Virus record (IMG/VR): IMGVR_UViG_3300042521_001523
Span: 1-56,742 of that record
Reading direction: 5' to 3' (one strand)
Length of the DNA stretch: 56,742 nt
DNA from: a virus
Taxonomy: Duplodnaviria > Caudoviricetes
Position numbers and translations under genes: made by a program. The notes below the pieces were generated by a model. It was not told where the DNA came from, made no database searches, and saw only the letters and a program-made list of their open reading frames with translations. This document shows positions 55,489 to 56,742 of the stretch, piece after piece; within the stretch, counting starts at the first letter, position 1, and each line of letters starts with the position of its first letter.

Positions 55489-56742
55489 ACTGAACAACCC
55501 TGCCCGCGTTCTGGAGTCCGTCCCCACGGCGCGGATGCTGCGCCCGGATGTGCTGGTGCTGCCGCACCGGCTGGATGAGACCCAAGTCCTGCGGAACCTG
55601 GGCTTCGATGCACCCTCGCCGATCCTCCACTACTACGGCTGGCCGGGTCGCTTTAAGCCCTACGAACACCAGCGCCAGACGGCAGCCTTCCTGACGCTGC
55701 ACAAGAAGGCCCTGGTGCTAAACGAGATCGGCACCGGCAAGTCCATGAGTGCGCTGTGGGCGGCTGACTACCTGCTCTCCACGCGCAAGGTATCGAAGGT
55801 GCTGATCCTCTCGCCCCTCTCCACGCTGGAGCGGGTGTGGAACGACGCCATCTTTATGAACTTCGTGGGCCGTCGCGCCGTGGTGCTGCACGGCACCGCA
55901 GAGAAGCGGAAGAAGCTGCTGAACAGCGACGCTGACTACTACATCATCAACCACGATGGCTTTGAGATCATCGCTGAGGAGGCCATCGGCAAGTTCGATC
56001 TGGTGATCGTCGATGAGGCGGCAGTGCTGCGCAACCCGGGCACGCGCCGGTTCAAGGTGATGCGCAAGTGGATGAGCCAGAACCCCGATGCACGGCTCTG
56101 GTTGATGACGGGCACACCGACGCCGAACGAACCGACTGATGCGTGGGCGCTAGCGAAGCTGGTGGATAGCCCGTTCTGCACATCAACCTACACGGCGTTC
56201 CGTGATCAGGTGATGATGAAGATCGGTCAGTACAAATGGCTGCCGCGCACAACCTCCATCGAGACTGTGCAGCACATCCTTCAGCCATCGGTGAGGTACA
56301 CGCGCGACGAGTGCTTCGATCTGCCCGATACCGTGGTGCAGCATCGCCGCGTGGAGCTGACACCAGATCAGCGCAAGCACTATGATCGCATGATGCGCCA
56401 CCTCGTCTCCGAGGTGCAGGGAAGTGAGGCAACGATCACGGCGGTGAACGAAGCCGTGAAGATGCAGAAGCTCGTACAGATCGCTTGCGGTGTCGCGTAC
56501 GACGACGATGGCCGCAATGTGGAACTCGACTGCTCGCCGCGTGTAAGCCTCGTGTCGGAGATCATCGAGGAGGCTGGGCAGAAGGTTATCATCTTCGTAC
56601 CGCTCACAGGCACACTGAACATGCTGGAGCGTGAGCTTGGTAAGAAGTGGTCAGTGGCGGTGGTGAACGGTGCAGTGAGCGCATCAGAGCGCAACACGAT
56701 CTTTCGCAACTTCCAGGAGGCCAAGGACCCGCACGTGCTGAT
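55451..56742 (+). CDS. SNF2-family helicase, N-terminal part (full ~514 aa across junction; absent from ORF track)
   Basis: GTG after GAGGT; translated PYEHQ, EIGTGKS, IVDEA, MTGTP; in frame with ATG 56621 (=6). Confidence 0.9.
   Translation, partial: MLVVEQAKALALKLNNPARVLESVPTARMLRPDVLVLPHRLDETQVLRNLGFDAPSPILHYYGWPGRFKPYEHQRQTAAFLTLHKKALVLNEIGTGKSMSALWAADYLLSTRKVSKVLILSPLSTLERVWNDAIFMNFVGRRAVVLHGTAEKRKKLLNSDADYYIINHDGFEIIAEEAIGKFDLVIVDEAAVLRNPGTRRFKVMRKWMSQNPDARLWLMTGTPTPNEPTDAWALAKLVDSPFCTSTYTAFRDQVMMKIGQYKWLPRTTSIETVQHILQPSVRYTRDECFDLPDTVVQHRRVELTPDQRKHYDRMMRHLVSEVQGSEATITAVNEAVKMQKLVQIACGVAYDDDGRNVELDCSPRVSLVSEIIEEAGQKVIIFVPLTGTLNMLERELGKKWSVAVVNGAVSASERNTIFRNFQEAKDPHVL
56616..56742. repeat. 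Second copy of the 127-bp terminal overlap
   Basis: Identical to 1-127. Confidence 0.95.

Overview
The window is a complete, circularly assembled ~56.6 kb GC-rich dsDNA tailed-phage genome. Bases 1-127 are identical to 56616-56742. It looks podovirus-like: adaptor/tail-tube genes and large internal ejection proteins, no tape measure. No integrase, RNA polymerase, tRNA or CRISPR array was recognised. Two divergent arms start at ~38.95-39.2 kb. The + strand early/replication arm has small early genes, an AT-rich repeat-bearing putative origin, a Zn peptidase, AAA+/DUF3150/VWA module, HTH regulators, PolA, dCMP deaminase, Cas4-like nuclease, VRR-NUC, a SNF2 helicase spanning the junction, SSB-like protein and primase-helicase. 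The - strand morphogenesis/lysis arm has terminase, portal, scaffold, capsid, adaptors, duplicated fibre+chaperone cassettes, holins, GH108 endolysin and ejection proteins. The most striking signal is non-coding RNA. (i) Two tandem ~75-80 nt sRNA-like genes lie downstream of terL, each with promoter, 5' hairpin, anti-Shine-Dalgarno seed and terminator. Their seeds are complementary to the start regions of about nine early genes (best match 18/20 nt). (ii) A complete type II hammerhead ribozyme sits in the early mRNA just ahead of one of those targets. (iii) GCAA-tetraloop hairpins punctuate the first early genes. Together these suggest an RNA-based early-gene control circuit (inference, untested). 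Protein family names come from motif recognition, not database searches.
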